In this document: positions 1 through 9,448 of the stretch, one piece after another | Position numbering within the stretch: position 1 is the stretch's first letter | How the letters are laid out: each line of letters opens with the position of its first letter | Virus record (IMG/VR): IMGVR_UViG_3300031454_000001 | Coordinates: 7,546-71,545 of that record | Reading direction: 5' to 3' (one strand) | Source: a virus | Length of the DNA stretch: 64,000 nucleotides | Translations under genes and position numbers: made by a program | Notes under the pieces: generated by a model | Told to the model about the DNA's origin: nothing | The model's database searches: none | The model's input: the letters and a program-made list of their open reading frames with translations, nothing else

Positions 1-182
1 ATGGGAATTGCATTAGCCCCTTCAACTGAAATTATATGACACAAACCTTTTTTTTCAGGTACGTCAATATCATACCCGGAGAATGTATAGTTAGAAATAG
101 GACATACTATTTCAGTAACACACCAATTCGCATCTTCATACTTAATTAAACTTCCTATTCTTAATTCGTTTTGATTTATCAT
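1..182 (-). CDS. Partial phage hypothetical protein (ELRIG-type N-terminus), runs off the window edge
   Basis: Manual translation from ATG at 182: MINQNELRIGSLIKYEDANWCVTEIV..., open to position 1. Confidence 0.6.
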   Translation of the reverse strand, partial: MINQNELRIGSLIKYEDANWCVTEIVCPISNYTFSGYDIDVPEKKGLCHIISVEGANAIP

Positions 183-192
183 GTTAATATTT

Positions 193-408
193 TTAATCAG
201 CAAACCCAATCATTTTTAATTTGTCAATACTCTTAAGTACAGCCACCCTTTTACCGCTTTCATCTACAACCGGCTTAGTACAAATACTGTCAACAAAAAG
301 GTGTATATAAACTTTTTGTATAGCCTCAAAGGATGTATGCTGCTCTTTGTGGTAGGCTAAACCGAATTGACCTTTGTCAGTTTCGTAGATTATTCCTGGG
401 TTTCTCAC
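193..408 (-). CDS. Hypothetical protein
   Basis: 71-aa ORF overlapping the upstream gene by 4 nt in a minus-strand operon. Confidence 0.6.
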   Translation of the reverse strand: MRNPGIIYETDKGQFGLAYHKEQHTSFEAIQKVYIHLFVDSICTKPVVDESGKRVAVLKSIDKLKMIGFAD

Positions 409-902
409 TGTTTTAATTTTATAAACTTTCCCTTAATTTTTGAAGACATTAATGCTTCTGAATTAAATTGGTCGTAAGCAACCAAAACAGAAGGAGCGCC
501 TGAATTGGCTGCAGCCCTTGTACCGTCATTGTAATGAAAAAATATTCTCCCCTCTAAAAAAAGCAAACTATCCGCCTTATTCCAAACATTATCAAAAAAC
601 ATCCTAGTCTCTGTTCGGGCAAAAATTAATGCTGTAGCATTTTTATATTCTGCACATTTATGAAGCCATTTGGATGCCTGCAACCCATAAGGTGGATTAC
701 AGAATACCCTACCATACCATGGCTGAATCAAACCGTCCTGCTGTTTTGTAAATCTAGACCGTGCGGTTCCCCATGGCATAAATTCTGGTGTACAAGGATC
801 TAAGTCAAATTCACCTAAAGCATTTATTATTTCAAGTGGTGTTAACCAGGTGTCTGATTCCATTCTTGCCGATTGATGCGATCCCATTGCCGATTTATTC
901 AT
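405..902 (-). CDS. Phage DNA N6-adenine methyltransferase (phage Dam-like)
   Basis: W.TP, FDLDPC and VFCNPPY motifs. Confidence 0.9.
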   Translation of the reverse strand: MNKSAMGSHQSARMESDTWLTPLEIINALGEFDLDPCTPEFMPWGTARSRFTKQQDGLIQPWYGRVFCNPPYGLQASKWLHKCAEYKNATALIFARTETRMFFDNVWNKADSLLFLEGRIFFHYNDGTRAAANSGAPSVLVAYDQFNSEALMSSKIKGKFIKLKQ

Positions 903-908
903 CTTCTA

Positions 909-1097
909 TTACTTTAATATTCTATAAAAATTATTAGCTGAGCTCAACCTTGCTGCTATGCCGTTCTTAGCTCTCCATTCTTTTGATCTTTCAATAAACT
1001 CAATTTCCTTTACAGCTTCCGAATAATCTTTGATTGTAGTATCAGGCTCTTTTTTGATGTACTGATCAATGAGTAATATTTTTTCTTGGAGTGTCAA
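909..1097 (-). CDS. Hypothetical protein
   Basis: 62-aa ORF, 4-nt overlap with neighbour. Confidence 0.55.
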   Translation of the reverse strand: MTLQEKILLIDQYIKKEPDTTIKDYSEAVKEIEFIERSKEWRAKNGIAARLSSANNFYRILK

Positions 1098-1567
1098 TGA
1101 TTAAACATATTGTCTATATTTAAAAAATAAAACTGTCTTACATTTATTTTTTCATTGGGGCACTTGCATAACAATCTGAACAAATTATTTGCCATGATAA
1201 ATATATTTGCTTTCAATCTTAAAGGCTTCAGCCCTTCACTATCCTCTTTATCAAAGTCTAATGCCAATTCGCTTATAGCCATTATCTGCCATTCCAGCCA
1301 GGCGCTGTTTTCCGGGAAAGGAAGTTGATGTGCTTCGGCCCATACGATCGGGCACACTTCATGACCGTAAGCAAAGGCCACTAACTGGTGGGCTAATTCA
1401 TGAAGTAGTTTGTATTTAATCGGGCTTATACCCAGTTCCGGCCCTAACTTTTTATCGTTATCATTAGGCCATACTTTGCACTGAGTTCCATCAGGAAATT
1501 TCGTGATTACAAACTCGTTAATATCATCATAATCAATTTCAAAATTTCCGAAGTCGTAGGTTAGCAT
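1094..1567 (-). CDS. Hypothetical protein with HExxH motif (possible zinc metallopeptidase)
   Basis: LLHELAHQL motif, downstream Glu in WLEWQ. Confidence 0.55.
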   Translation of the reverse strand: MLTYDFGNFEIDYDDINEFVITKFPDGTQCKVWPNDNDKKLGPELGISPIKYKLLHELAHQLVAFAYGHEVCPIVWAEAHQLPFPENSAWLEWQIMAISELALDFDKEDSEGLKPLRLKANIFIMANNLFRLLCKCPNEKINVRQFYFLNIDNMFNH

Positions 1568-1797
1568 ATTATCCCCTCCCTTATCGCCACGGCAACCATG
1601 TGCGGTGAATTTTTAACATCTAATATTCCCCTTATTAATTCCAGTGTAGTAGCCACTGATTTGAACGTTATACGTAGCTTGTTAGCTGTTTGGGCTACTG
1701 TCAATCCTTCAGATATACACTTTATTACTAACACCTGGTGAGCATTGAGGTTACCTGATTGCCGCTGTGATCGTTCTATTATTTTTATTTGGGCCAT
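1561..1797 (-). CDS. LuxR/GerE-type helix-turn-helix transcription regulator
   Basis: LNAHQVLVIKCISEGLTVAQTANKLRITFKSV...VAVAIREGII matches the LuxR C-terminal pattern. Confidence 0.8.
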   Translation of the reverse strand: MAQIKIIERSQRQSGNLNAHQVLVIKCISEGLTVAQTANKLRITFKSVATTLELIRGILDVKNSPHMVAVAIREGIIC

Positions 1798-1833
1798 AAA
1801 ATTTTATTTAATTCAGTTAATAAATCCTTGTAA

Positions 1834-2391
1834 TTAATAGCCGAAAACTAGCATGGCAGCGTCTCTACTATGTTCAGTAGTTCTGCCTTCCCAATTGGTT
1901 ATTTTTATGAAAGTGGCAGCATTTAATTTTGTTTTATTATTCTTTGGTGAAACCATTTCAAAATCAACTTTTAGATCAGTAAGGAAATCCTCCCATATTT
2001 TGGCATCCCTTTTTATACTGCCGGCGCCTTGTAATTGCTCCTTACCTGCCTTCCCAAACCATTTACGTTTACGTGCATCCTCAACACGTACAAATACATT
2101 TAAACCACCATCACTAAATCCTTTTACTTTTTCTAAAGCACGGTGTATCGATACTGTTTCGATACATTGAAATGTTTTATACTTTGTATCCCACAATGAA
2201 AAGCCGGTATTTACACCTGTGTCAATTCCGATTATATAACGATACTCCTTAGTTATTTTTTTTGTCATTGTTGTGTAATATTTAATTTTCCCGTTAACCA
2301 AAGTTGTCGAATTAGATAACATTGATATTGTAAAATCCCTGATCTTACCTTCAGCTTTTAATTTTTCAATATGGGCAAGCGTCCACTTCAT
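1834..2391 (-). CDS. RuvC-like (RNase H fold) Holliday junction resolvase
   Basis: IIGIDTG, VRVEDAR and HSRDAAML acidic motifs. Confidence 0.7.
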   Translation of the reverse strand: MKWTLAHIEKLKAEGKIRDFTISMLSNSTTLVNGKIKYYTTMTKKITKEYRYIIGIDTGVNTGFSLWDTKYKTFQCIETVSIHRALEKVKGFSDGGLNVFVRVEDARKRKWFGKAGKEQLQGAGSIKRDAKIWEDFLTDLKVDFEMVSPKNNKTKLNAATFIKITNWEGRTTEHSRDAAMLVFGY

Positions 2392-3062
2392 TTACATTCA
2401 TCATCCTTCCATTCTTTGAAACGGTTTTTCAAATCACCGATGGCACCTACAAGGCTTTCTCCTGCACGAAGTAATTTAACATCCTGTGGATTCACATCAT
2501 CAAATAGCTTCATTGACGTGCCTATTGAATCTAAATTTGATATTTCAGCATCTTCCATTTTGCATGCTGCTATTCTCCTTCTGATCCAGTATTCATCTAG
2601 CATATCGCTGATAATCTGAAGATTAATGCGGTCATAAATTTTTATAAGCATTCCGCGCTTGGCCATAGAAAAAAACATAGTGTAATCTTCGAGCCTGAAA
2701 TTATCCGCCTCATCAATCAGCATAGCAGCAGCTTCGATCATCTGTTCTTCATTCATGTTGCGAACAACATTGGTGCTCGAGCAGAAATCTTTTACCATCA
2801 GAAACAAAATTTTTTGCATTTTTCCCCGGCCATAATCCTTAACCAGATCAACAATTTTTGGATATTTCACCACCTGAAGAAAATCAGGTTTACCTGCAGG
2901 CATTAAGTCTGAAACGACAGTGGCTAATTCCATTTTTCCATCAAGCTTCTGTTCCGGAATTTCCAGTTTTAGCATAGTGGCGATCAATTGCATCGAATGC
3001 TGACTTGGTGTCAACTTCTGCACCTGTAGCTGATTTTCCTGTTTTGGTTTTTGAATTTCCAT
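2388..3062 (-). CDS. Replication-associated protein (possible helicase loader/initiator partner)
   Basis: Directly downstream of the initiator; helical ORF typical of Bacteroidota prophage replication modules. Confidence 0.5.
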   Translation of the reverse strand: MEIQKPKQENQLQVQKLTPSQHSMQLIATMLKLEIPEQKLDGKMELATVVSDLMPAGKPDFLQVVKYPKIVDLVKDYGRGKMQKILFLMVKDFCSSTNVVRNMNEEQMIEAAAMLIDEADNFRLEDYTMFFSMAKRGMLIKIYDRINLQIISDMLDEYWIRRRIAACKMEDAEISNLDSIGTSMKLFDDVNPQDVKLLRAGESLVGAIGDLKNRFKEWKDDECK

Positions 3063-3786
3063 TCACGGGCGGTTTAAAATCTTTTGTAATAAATTTTCCA
3101 TCTTTCATGTCATTTCCCATCCAGTTTTTTGCAGAGGAGAGCCAATTAAACTTTTTTTCGTTTTTAGAATCTGCCCAGTTTTTAATCTGTTCGTGGTACC
3201 AATCCACGTTAGCCTGTTCGTACTGAGTGCCGATCAATTTTTCTTCAAAATTTTCCTTTTTAAAAATTTCAGATTCTGAAAAAAAGTGTTTTTCGGTCCT
3301 CCCCTCCACTCCCCTCCTTTCCTTTCCTTTCCCCTCCTCTCCTTGACTGGAATAATCCGTGACAATTCCGTGATTGATCAATGAATCTTTTAAAAAATTT
3401 TCCAGCTTTTCTTTCTCAACAAACAAATCTTCATAGTTTGGACGATTGATTACCTGATGTTTAGTTAAGTTCGGTAGATAATAAAATTTCTCCCCGCCGG
3501 AACCCTTACCGGAAGTAGAGAACAAAATAATTACTCCAACTTTTTCTAATTCTCTAAGCCAACTCTCAAACTTTACGAGATTTATTGTGTCATGCGGGAA
3601 TATTTTAGACTTCAGCCACACGGATTTTGAAATAATTACACCCAGGTCATCGGAAAAATTCCACATACCTATGTATGTTAGCCTGGCATCTCTTGACACC
3701 GTAGCAAGCTTTGTATCATCCCAAAATTTTGGTTTTATCGTCCGGATTCTTGCCATAGCCGATTTTAATAATTTGTCCAAAGGCAT
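2941..3786 (-). CDS. Phage replication initiator (replisome organiser); likely start at MARIRTIKP
   Basis: MARIRTIKPKFW N-terminus, GKGKERRG linker, NW.SSAKNW C-terminal motif. Confidence 0.8.
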   Translation of the reverse strand: MPLDKLLKSAMARIRTIKPKFWDDTKLATVSRDARLTYIGMWNFSDDLGVIISKSVWLKSKIFPHDTINLVKFESWLRELEKVGVIILFSTSGKGSGGEKFYYLPNLTKHQVINRPNYEDLFVEKEKLENFLKDSLINHGIVTDYSSQGEEGKGKERRGVEGRTEKHFFSESEIFKKENFEEKLIGTQYEQANVDWYHEQIKNWADSKNEKKFNWLSSAKNWMGNDMKDGKFITKDFKPPVNGNSKTKTGKSATGAEVDTKSAFDAIDRHYAKTGNSGTEA

Positions 3787-4562
3787 TCAAATGCTTCTTT
3801 TTCCGATCTTGTGTTAACCCGCCTTGGCCCGGGAATAAAATTGAAATCCTTAAATAACTCAACCATAAAAGGGCTGCTATATCCACTTATGGCAACACTT
3901 CCTTTTGTATTCTTTGCATAGTAATGCAGGTCGAAGAAATCCTGATTTATAAAATCAAACTCGTAACGCGTAGCGCTTCTGAAGGTCATATCGTAAGGTG
4001 AATCCAGATAAAAAAAGCTGCTCTCTGAATCATACTTCGACATGATAAATCTAAAGTCTCGGCATTCTATCTGAACACTTTTCAAGCGCTTTACTACTTC
4101 TGGAAGATTATCAATTGCATTAAGCCACTTTTGCACCTTTTCTGATTTACCTACCCTTGTATCATTAATAGATGCAGCCCACCCTTTTACCTGGTCCTGA
4201 GCACCTGCGGCCCATATTGATTGCTGAGTACGTATAAAAAACCTTCTTGCTTTTTCAAGTGGTGTGTCTACTTCAGAATACCAGGCTTTTGCATATTCTT
4301 CTTTACTGTATGGTGTCAGGTTTAAGGCGTCAATCAGTTCCTCTGGTTGAGATCTCAATACATTAAAGAAGTTAACAACTTTTGAATTGATATCATTGTA
4401 GGTTTCAATTGGTGAAGGTTTTCGATTCAGTAGCACAACGGCAGATCCACCGAATACATCAATAAAGTGTTTGCATTCGGGTAATAGAGGCAGCAGCCAA
4501 GGCAAGTAAGAAAACTTTGAGCCATGGTAAGTAAATGAATTTATCTGATTATTTATATGCAT
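3765..4562 (-). CDS. DNA adenine methylase (D12/Dam class)
   Basis: FTYHGSK, FIDVFGGSAVV, YNDIN and FFYLDSPY motifs. Confidence 0.9.
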   Translation of the reverse strand: MHINNQINSFTYHGSKFSYLPWLLPLLPECKHFIDVFGGSAVVLLNRKPSPIETYNDINSKVVNFFNVLRSQPEELIDALNLTPYSKEEYAKAWYSEVDTPLEKARRFFIRTQQSIWAAGAQDQVKGWAASINDTRVGKSEKVQKWLNAIDNLPEVVKRLKSVQIECRDFRFIMSKYDSESSFFYLDSPYDMTFRSATRYEFDFINQDFFDLHYYAKNTKGSVAISGYSSPFMVELFKDFNFIPGPRRVNTRSEKEAFECLWTNY

Positions 4563-4564
4563 AA

Positions 4565-6211
4565 TTACTTCTGGTTAAACAAGTTTAATAATTGATCGAT
4601 AACTTCCTCTTCCACATCATCAGTGGCGCCGGTTATAGTTTGAGCAACGGTCTTCTTTTTTTGAATAAGTTCGTAACAATAACGATCTATCGTATTCTCT
4701 CCAAGAAAGTAAGTAGCGGTAACTGAATCCTTCTGGCCGATCCTGTGTGCCCTGTCTTCACACTGTTCACAGTCAGCGAAAGTCCAGGGAAATTCCACGA
4801 AACCTTCCCTGGAAGCAGCGGTTAATGTAAGCCCAACTCCTGCAGCTTTAATGGAACAAATAATAACCTGGTAAGACGGGTCATTCTGAAATTTTTGCAC
4901 AGCATTATCCTTTTCTTCGGACGTCATTCCTCCCCTGATCATTAATGCATTCGGGTACATCTCTTTTAACCGGTCACCGATTTCACGAAGGGAACAGAAG
5001 AGAATAATTTTTTCACCTGATTCGATAATTTCATCGGCAAAATCCTTTACTTCATTGAGTTTGCCACGGGCTGAAATGTTTTTTAATATGCCCATCTTCA
5101 CCATAATTTCACCACGCAGCTTTTTAGCAACTTGCACATCTGTGCACCCGCGAACTTCTTTGAGGTATGCAACAAAGTTGTCTTCAGCTTCCTGGTATTC
5201 CTTTCGGTTAGAAATCTCGCATAGCATTACCTGCCTGATCTTTGCCGGTAGGTCTTTAAGCACTTCAGTTTTCTCACGCCGGTAAAAGCAATTCTTATTT
5301 AAAATGTAGTTAAGTTCTTTCAGGTTGCTGGCCCCAGCGCCTCCTTCGCAGTAGCGATCTATAAATTTTTTGTAACCTCCGAATACAGGTACTAGTTGGC
5401 CTAAGATGTGAAGTTGAGATATCAAGTCTTTAGGTTTGTTTACAACCGGAGTACCAGTTAGCTCTAAAATATATTCTTTATCCCGAGCGATACCCATCGC
5501 AAATTTCGATTGCTGTGTGGACCCGTCTTTACACTTATGACTTTCGTCCAGGATAATTGATTTAAAAACGGAGGTGGTGCCTTTGAAGGCGATGTGATTG
5601 AGTTTCAAAGGAACATCTTTCGGTTTGTTGATGGCTTCAACGAAGTACTTTTTTAAAGATTCGTAATTGCAGATAAAAACATCTACCATTCCAATTTTAG
5701 AATATTGGTGCCATGTATTCTTTACTTTGTCCGTTAATATCATTGCGCGTTTATCTGACCATTTAGACCATTCACGCTGCCAGTTGATCTTGAGCGTTGA
5801 GGGGCATACGATAAGGCAAGGGAAGGCATTGGCACCGATAATAGTAGCAATTGATTGAACGGTCTTTCCGAGGCCTGGCTGATCTCCTACAATCACTTTT
5901 TTATGAATGAGGTTATAAGCAACCCCACGCTCCTGGTAAGAAAACATGGGGATCTTCAGCGGAATATTAATCATGAGCTCTGGCATTTCAGGGATAGCTT
6001 CATAGTCTTCCGGAGCATGTAACACAGCCTGATCAATAACATTAAAACGTTTCTTCAAAAATTCAACTTCACGCTCCCTGTGTATTGGAATATACCAGGC
6101 TTTATTTGTGCCATTAAACCGCGCACCCTCAATAGCCTTAACAGCCTTATAAATATGTGGCAGGTATTCAAATTTTATTTCGAAGCCTGCCTGTGTTTCT
6201 GTGATTGTCAT
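4565..6211 (-). CDS. SNF2-family helicase (SMARCAL1/HARP-like)
   Basis: GDQPGLGKT, ILDESH, LTGTP, AGVGLTL and QCEDRAHRIGQ motifs; short N-terminal domain. Confidence 0.92.
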   Translation of the reverse strand: MTITETQAGFEIKFEYLPHIYKAVKAIEGARFNGTNKAWYIPIHREREVEFLKKRFNVIDQAVLHAPEDYEAIPEMPELMINIPLKIPMFSYQERGVAYNLIHKKVIVGDQPGLGKTVQSIATIIGANAFPCLIVCPSTLKINWQREWSKWSDKRAMILTDKVKNTWHQYSKIGMVDVFICNYESLKKYFVEAINKPKDVPLKLNHIAFKGTTSVFKSIILDESHKCKDGSTQQSKFAMGIARDKEYILELTGTPVVNKPKDLISQLHILGQLVPVFGGYKKFIDRYCEGGAGASNLKELNYILNKNCFYRREKTEVLKDLPAKIRQVMLCEISNRKEYQEAEDNFVAYLKEVRGCTDVQVAKKLRGEIMVKMGILKNISARGKLNEVKDFADEIIESGEKIILFCSLREIGDRLKEMYPNALMIRGGMTSEEKDNAVQKFQNDPSYQVIICSIKAAGVGLTLTAASREGFVEFPWTFADCEQCEDRAHRIGQKDSVTATYFLGENTIDRYCYELIQKKKTVAQTITGATDDVEEEVIDQLLNLFNQK

Positions 6212-6217
6212 AACGCT

Positions 6218-6673
6218 TTAAGCTTTATTGAGTCTTACAACTGCTTCCATATAACCGATCTCCGTTTTTGCAAGATCAATTAGGCAGTCAACGTTTGATT
6301 TAACCGCTTCAGCCTGTGGTATATATTCCTTATTCTCCTGAATCTTTCTGATGTTATCAAGTAGCATATCTTTAAGCTCCTTCACGACAGAGGCGTTGAT
6401 CTGCCTTTCAGGAAAAAATGTGCTATGCTCTTTCTCCTGGTTGCTGGGCACGATAACACGGCCGGCAACGAACTCAAGCTGGTTAAGGAATTCCATGGCA
6501 CTGTCATAGGGGCGATCGAACTGCTTTTTGTCGGTCATAACATATACACGCTCCTTGTCTTCCAGCATTCGGTAGCTTTTTATCGTATGTTCCGAATTGC
6601 CGTAATTGTATTTTTTACCGATCATGTCTTCCAAGGTGTGTATGATCAGTTCAATGTTTTGCTCGTTGCTCAT
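6218..6673 (-). CDS. Hypothetical protein
   Basis: 151-aa ORF in operon. Confidence 0.65.
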   Translation of the reverse strand: MSNEQNIELIIHTLEDMIGKKYNYGNSEHTIKSYRMLEDKERVYVMTDKKQFDRPYDSAMEFLNQLEFVAGRVIVPSNQEKEHSTFFPERQINASVVKELKDMLLDNIRKIQENKEYIPQAEAVKSNVDCLIDLAKTEIGYMEAVVRLNKA

Positions 6674-7517
6674 TTATAATTTTTTTAAGTTTGATAGATT
6701 GACGTTTCAGGTCTATAAGTTCTTTTTCTTCAATCAGAACTTTAAGAATATCGCGATTGATTTTACCTCTGCCACCTTTGTCATGAGCCATGGACATCGC
6801 TATATAACCGTCACTGTTACGGGTGTTTTCACAATGCTGTACACGGGTTATACATTCAAGATTATCCAGGTCACAGTTCATCGTGTCACCATTTCTAAAC
6901 ACAATTATATACCCTTCAGGAACAGGGCCATAGGCGTTCTCCCAGTTAAAGACGTTAAGCATTTTCCAGTTAGCTTTTGAGATCCGGATCCATTTATATG
7001 ACGGGCCGCCCATTTTCTTATGACTGTTCCTTGTCACAATAGCGCCATCATGCAAAGTGTTACCCGGAAGATTTCCTTTTTTAAATTGCCTGGACTTTAC
7101 TATTTCCAAACCTTCAGGCGTCATAAAATCTTCTCTCTTCAATCCTTTGTTGAACGGGAGAGTACCAGTTTTGAATCGAGTTGAGGATTTGATTTTTTCA
7201 ATAAGCCCCCGTGGCTGAACAAGACTAAGCTGCTTCATCCTTTTAACAACCAAACAGTGACTGCGGCCAATCATTTTAGCCATTCTTTTAACGGGCACTG
7301 AAAGGTAGTTTTCCTTCAGGAATTTATCCTGTTCCGGCGCTGAAGTAGTCCTTCCTGTTTGGGCATTAAACATTCTTTTCAGATTCATCTTCATAGCCCG
7401 AGTTTTCAAGGCAGGATATGTTTTACCAATGCTTTTGGCAAGCTCACGGGGATCTCCAACCGAAGGATATCCGGCTATCAACTGCTTAGTCTGCTCTTCT
7501 GTCCAGGTGATTCTCAT
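6651..7517 (-). CDS. HNH endonuclease family protein with N-terminal DNA-binding repeats
   Basis: WENAYGPVPEGYIIVFRNGDTMNCDLDNL; FKTG.LPFNKG and FKKGNLPGN repeats. Confidence 0.8.
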   Translation of the reverse strand: MRITWTEEQTKQLIAGYPSVGDPRELAKSIGKTYPALKTRAMKMNLKRMFNAQTGRTTSAPEQDKFLKENYLSVPVKRMAKMIGRSHCLVVKRMKQLSLVQPRGLIEKIKSSTRFKTGTLPFNKGLKREDFMTPEGLEIVKSRQFKKGNLPGNTLHDGAIVTRNSHKKMGGPSYKWIRISKANWKMLNVFNWENAYGPVPEGYIIVFRNGDTMNCDLDNLECITRVQHCENTRNSDGYIAMSMAHDKGGRGKINRDILKVLIEEKELIDLKRQSIKLKKIINEQRAKH

Positions 7518-7783
7518 AATATTGATTTTCGGTTTAGCAGCTTATAATAAATTTTCATCGAATCATTGCCATGTAATTTCCGGATGGCGTTCCTGCTAAT
7601 AATCCATCTGCCTTTCTTATCAACGTTCAGGACATGCTTTATCTTCAAGAATGCATTTTCCCGGTGAAACGATTCGGGGCTCATATTACCGCTATAAGTT
7701 TTGTAACCAACACGGCCATTATGATTTTTGGCTTTGATGGCATACATTCCGGATAAAAGCTGGCGAAACAAAAGTGACGGCAT
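7514..7783 (-). CDS. Hypothetical protein
   Basis: 89-aa basic ORF with 4-nt overlap. Confidence 0.55.
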   Translation of the reverse strand: MPSLLFRQLLSGMYAIKAKNHNGRVGYKTYSGNMSPESFHRENAFLKIKHVLNVDKKGRWIISRNAIRKLHGNDSMKIYYKLLNRKSIL

Positions 7784-7822
7784 GGCATTATTTTAAATTT
7801 CCTCTTCTGAATATTTATCTTC

Positions 7823-8470
7823 CTAGTCAAATGGTAATTTTGTCTGCATGTAGACAGGCGCCTGCTTGCCGTTATGATATAGATCAACCTCATCAACAAG
7901 GTCAGTAACGGTCATGATCAGGTCATGCAGGAAGTTGTATTCGGAGTCATACTTTACCGCATAAGTTGTCAGAGGGATATCCTTGTTATTAGACAGCGTT
8001 CTGGTACCATGCAGCCGCACTGACTTTGAATCGCCTTCACCAGATAATGTGAAAGCATGTACTTGGAATCGTGACATCAGAAACTGAATGGTTTCATGTG
8101 CATGAAGCTTCGGATCAAAGTCTTCTATCTTAGTAATGTCTCCGATCCTGCTTTCATCAACCTGCTCACAGATAACAGCCAGGTGAGGATTAAGCGCTTT
8201 AAACCTAGCGGTAATATCTTCATGAACAGGGCGCTCAGATTTAACGTTGTGCGTATTGCTCGTGTTCTTAGCAACAGTTTCCGTGTACTGGTAATTACAG
8301 AACAGGCCATTCATCGCAGCACTTTTTATTTCGAAAGACTTTTCAAAGTCATCCTCATCTTTGTTTTTTATTTTATCAGCCAGCTTATTGAATTTTTTGG
8401 TAAGCTCTTCAGCAGTTCCGCTGATCACAATACCTTCAGACTTAAGCTGAAAGTTTGATTTTCTTGACAT
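7823..8470 (-). CDS. Hypothetical protein
   Basis: 215-aa ORF in recombination module. Confidence 0.7.
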   Translation of the reverse strand: MSRKSNFQLKSEGIVISGTAEELTKKFNKLADKIKNKDEDDFEKSFEIKSAAMNGLFCNYQYTETVAKNTSNTHNVKSERPVHEDITARFKALNPHLAVICEQVDESRIGDITKIEDFDPKLHAHETIQFLMSRFQVHAFTLSGEGDSKSVRLHGTRTLSNNKDIPLTTYAVKYDSEYNFLHDLIMTVTDLVDEVDLYHNGKQAPVYMQTKLPFD

Positions 8471-8490
8471 AGAATTTTAATGTTTAATTC

Positions 8491-9153
8491 TTAATTGTTA
8501 AAAGTGTTGTTAATGTTTGAAAACAAATACCAGTATTTAAAAGCCAGATCCTGGTACTTGGCTTTGCCCTGGTTATATATCTCGCTGCCTTTCTTCACCG
8601 GGATTTTGAAAATTTTAAAATTTACTTTGCTGATCCCGATGAATATGAAATTGCTCCTACCTTCTAAATCAAGGTACCAGGCCGCCTGCCGGTCATAATC
8701 GAAGTGATGAATGCTGGCTTCAAATTGTTTTTGAGACGTGCATGCCGTACTTTTAAGATCACCGCTCATATCGATCCCTTCAACAAAGAAGTCAAACTTG
8801 CAACGCACAGGAAGCGTAAAATCGAAGCCATCATGAGCTATATGAAACTGTTGCTTTACGCTTACCTTCTGCATCAGTGATTGTTTAGCCAAATGGAAGC
8901 AGAGCGGATCTTTAAAGAACATTATCTTCATTTGTTCAGCCTTTTGGAAATCTTCCTGACTGTGTTGAACGTCTCCTGCGGTTAGCTTGTAATAATTAAC
9001 CAGGTGTGGTTCTGTAATAACAGCATCCAGCAGGCTACCGAACTTATAAGCCTGTTCGATGTCAATAACATACTGTTCCGGCTGCCAGTACTTTTTAAGT
9101 TCGGTCAGGTCGCTGTTGGAGACTTCCGGCCGTGAGTAGTAAGGGTCTTTCAT
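8491..9153 (-). CDS. PD-(D/E)XK exonuclease (RecE/DUF3799-like)
   Basis: VSNSDL, FGSLLD, RCKFDF, GDLKST and YDRQAAWY motifs. Confidence 0.82.
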   Translation of the reverse strand: MKDPYYSRPEVSNSDLTELKKYWQPEQYVIDIEQAYKFGSLLDAVITEPHLVNYYKLTAGDVQHSQEDFQKAEQMKIMFFKDPLCFHLAKQSLMQKVSVKQQFHIAHDGFDFTLPVRCKFDFFVEGIDMSGDLKSTACTSQKQFEASIHHFDYDRQAAWYLDLEGRSNFIFIGISKVNFKIFKIPVKKGSEIYNQGKAKYQDLAFKYWYLFSNINNTFNN

Positions 9154-9446
9154 TTACCTGTAATTCTTTCTATTATTTCTTTCATTTTAAAAGTAGTCGA
9201 GCCCTCGATGATTTCTCCTTCATCTAACTCCCACTCAACTATTTTAGATAATAATTCAAACATGTTTTTGGATTCAGCAAGAAGTTTTGCGTCGTCAGAC
9301 TTTAGTATGCTTTCAGCAATTAGATAACCGCCATAATAAGCGATTTCTGAACGCCCATCGATATTGTTGGCAGGGAAACCATCACTATTATCAGTAACAA
9401 CAGTTCCAGGTCTACCCACTTTCCAATTTCCTTTTGAATGTGACAT
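9150..9446 (-). CDS. Hypothetical protein
   Basis: 98-aa ORF, DAKLLAES motif common in small phage proteins. Confidence 0.65.
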   Translation of the reverse strand: MSHSKGNWKVGRPGTVVTDNSDGFPANNIDGRSEIAYYGGYLIAESILKSDDAKLLAESKNMFELLSKIVEWELDEGEIIEGSTTFKMKEIIERITGK

Positions 9447-9448
9447 AA

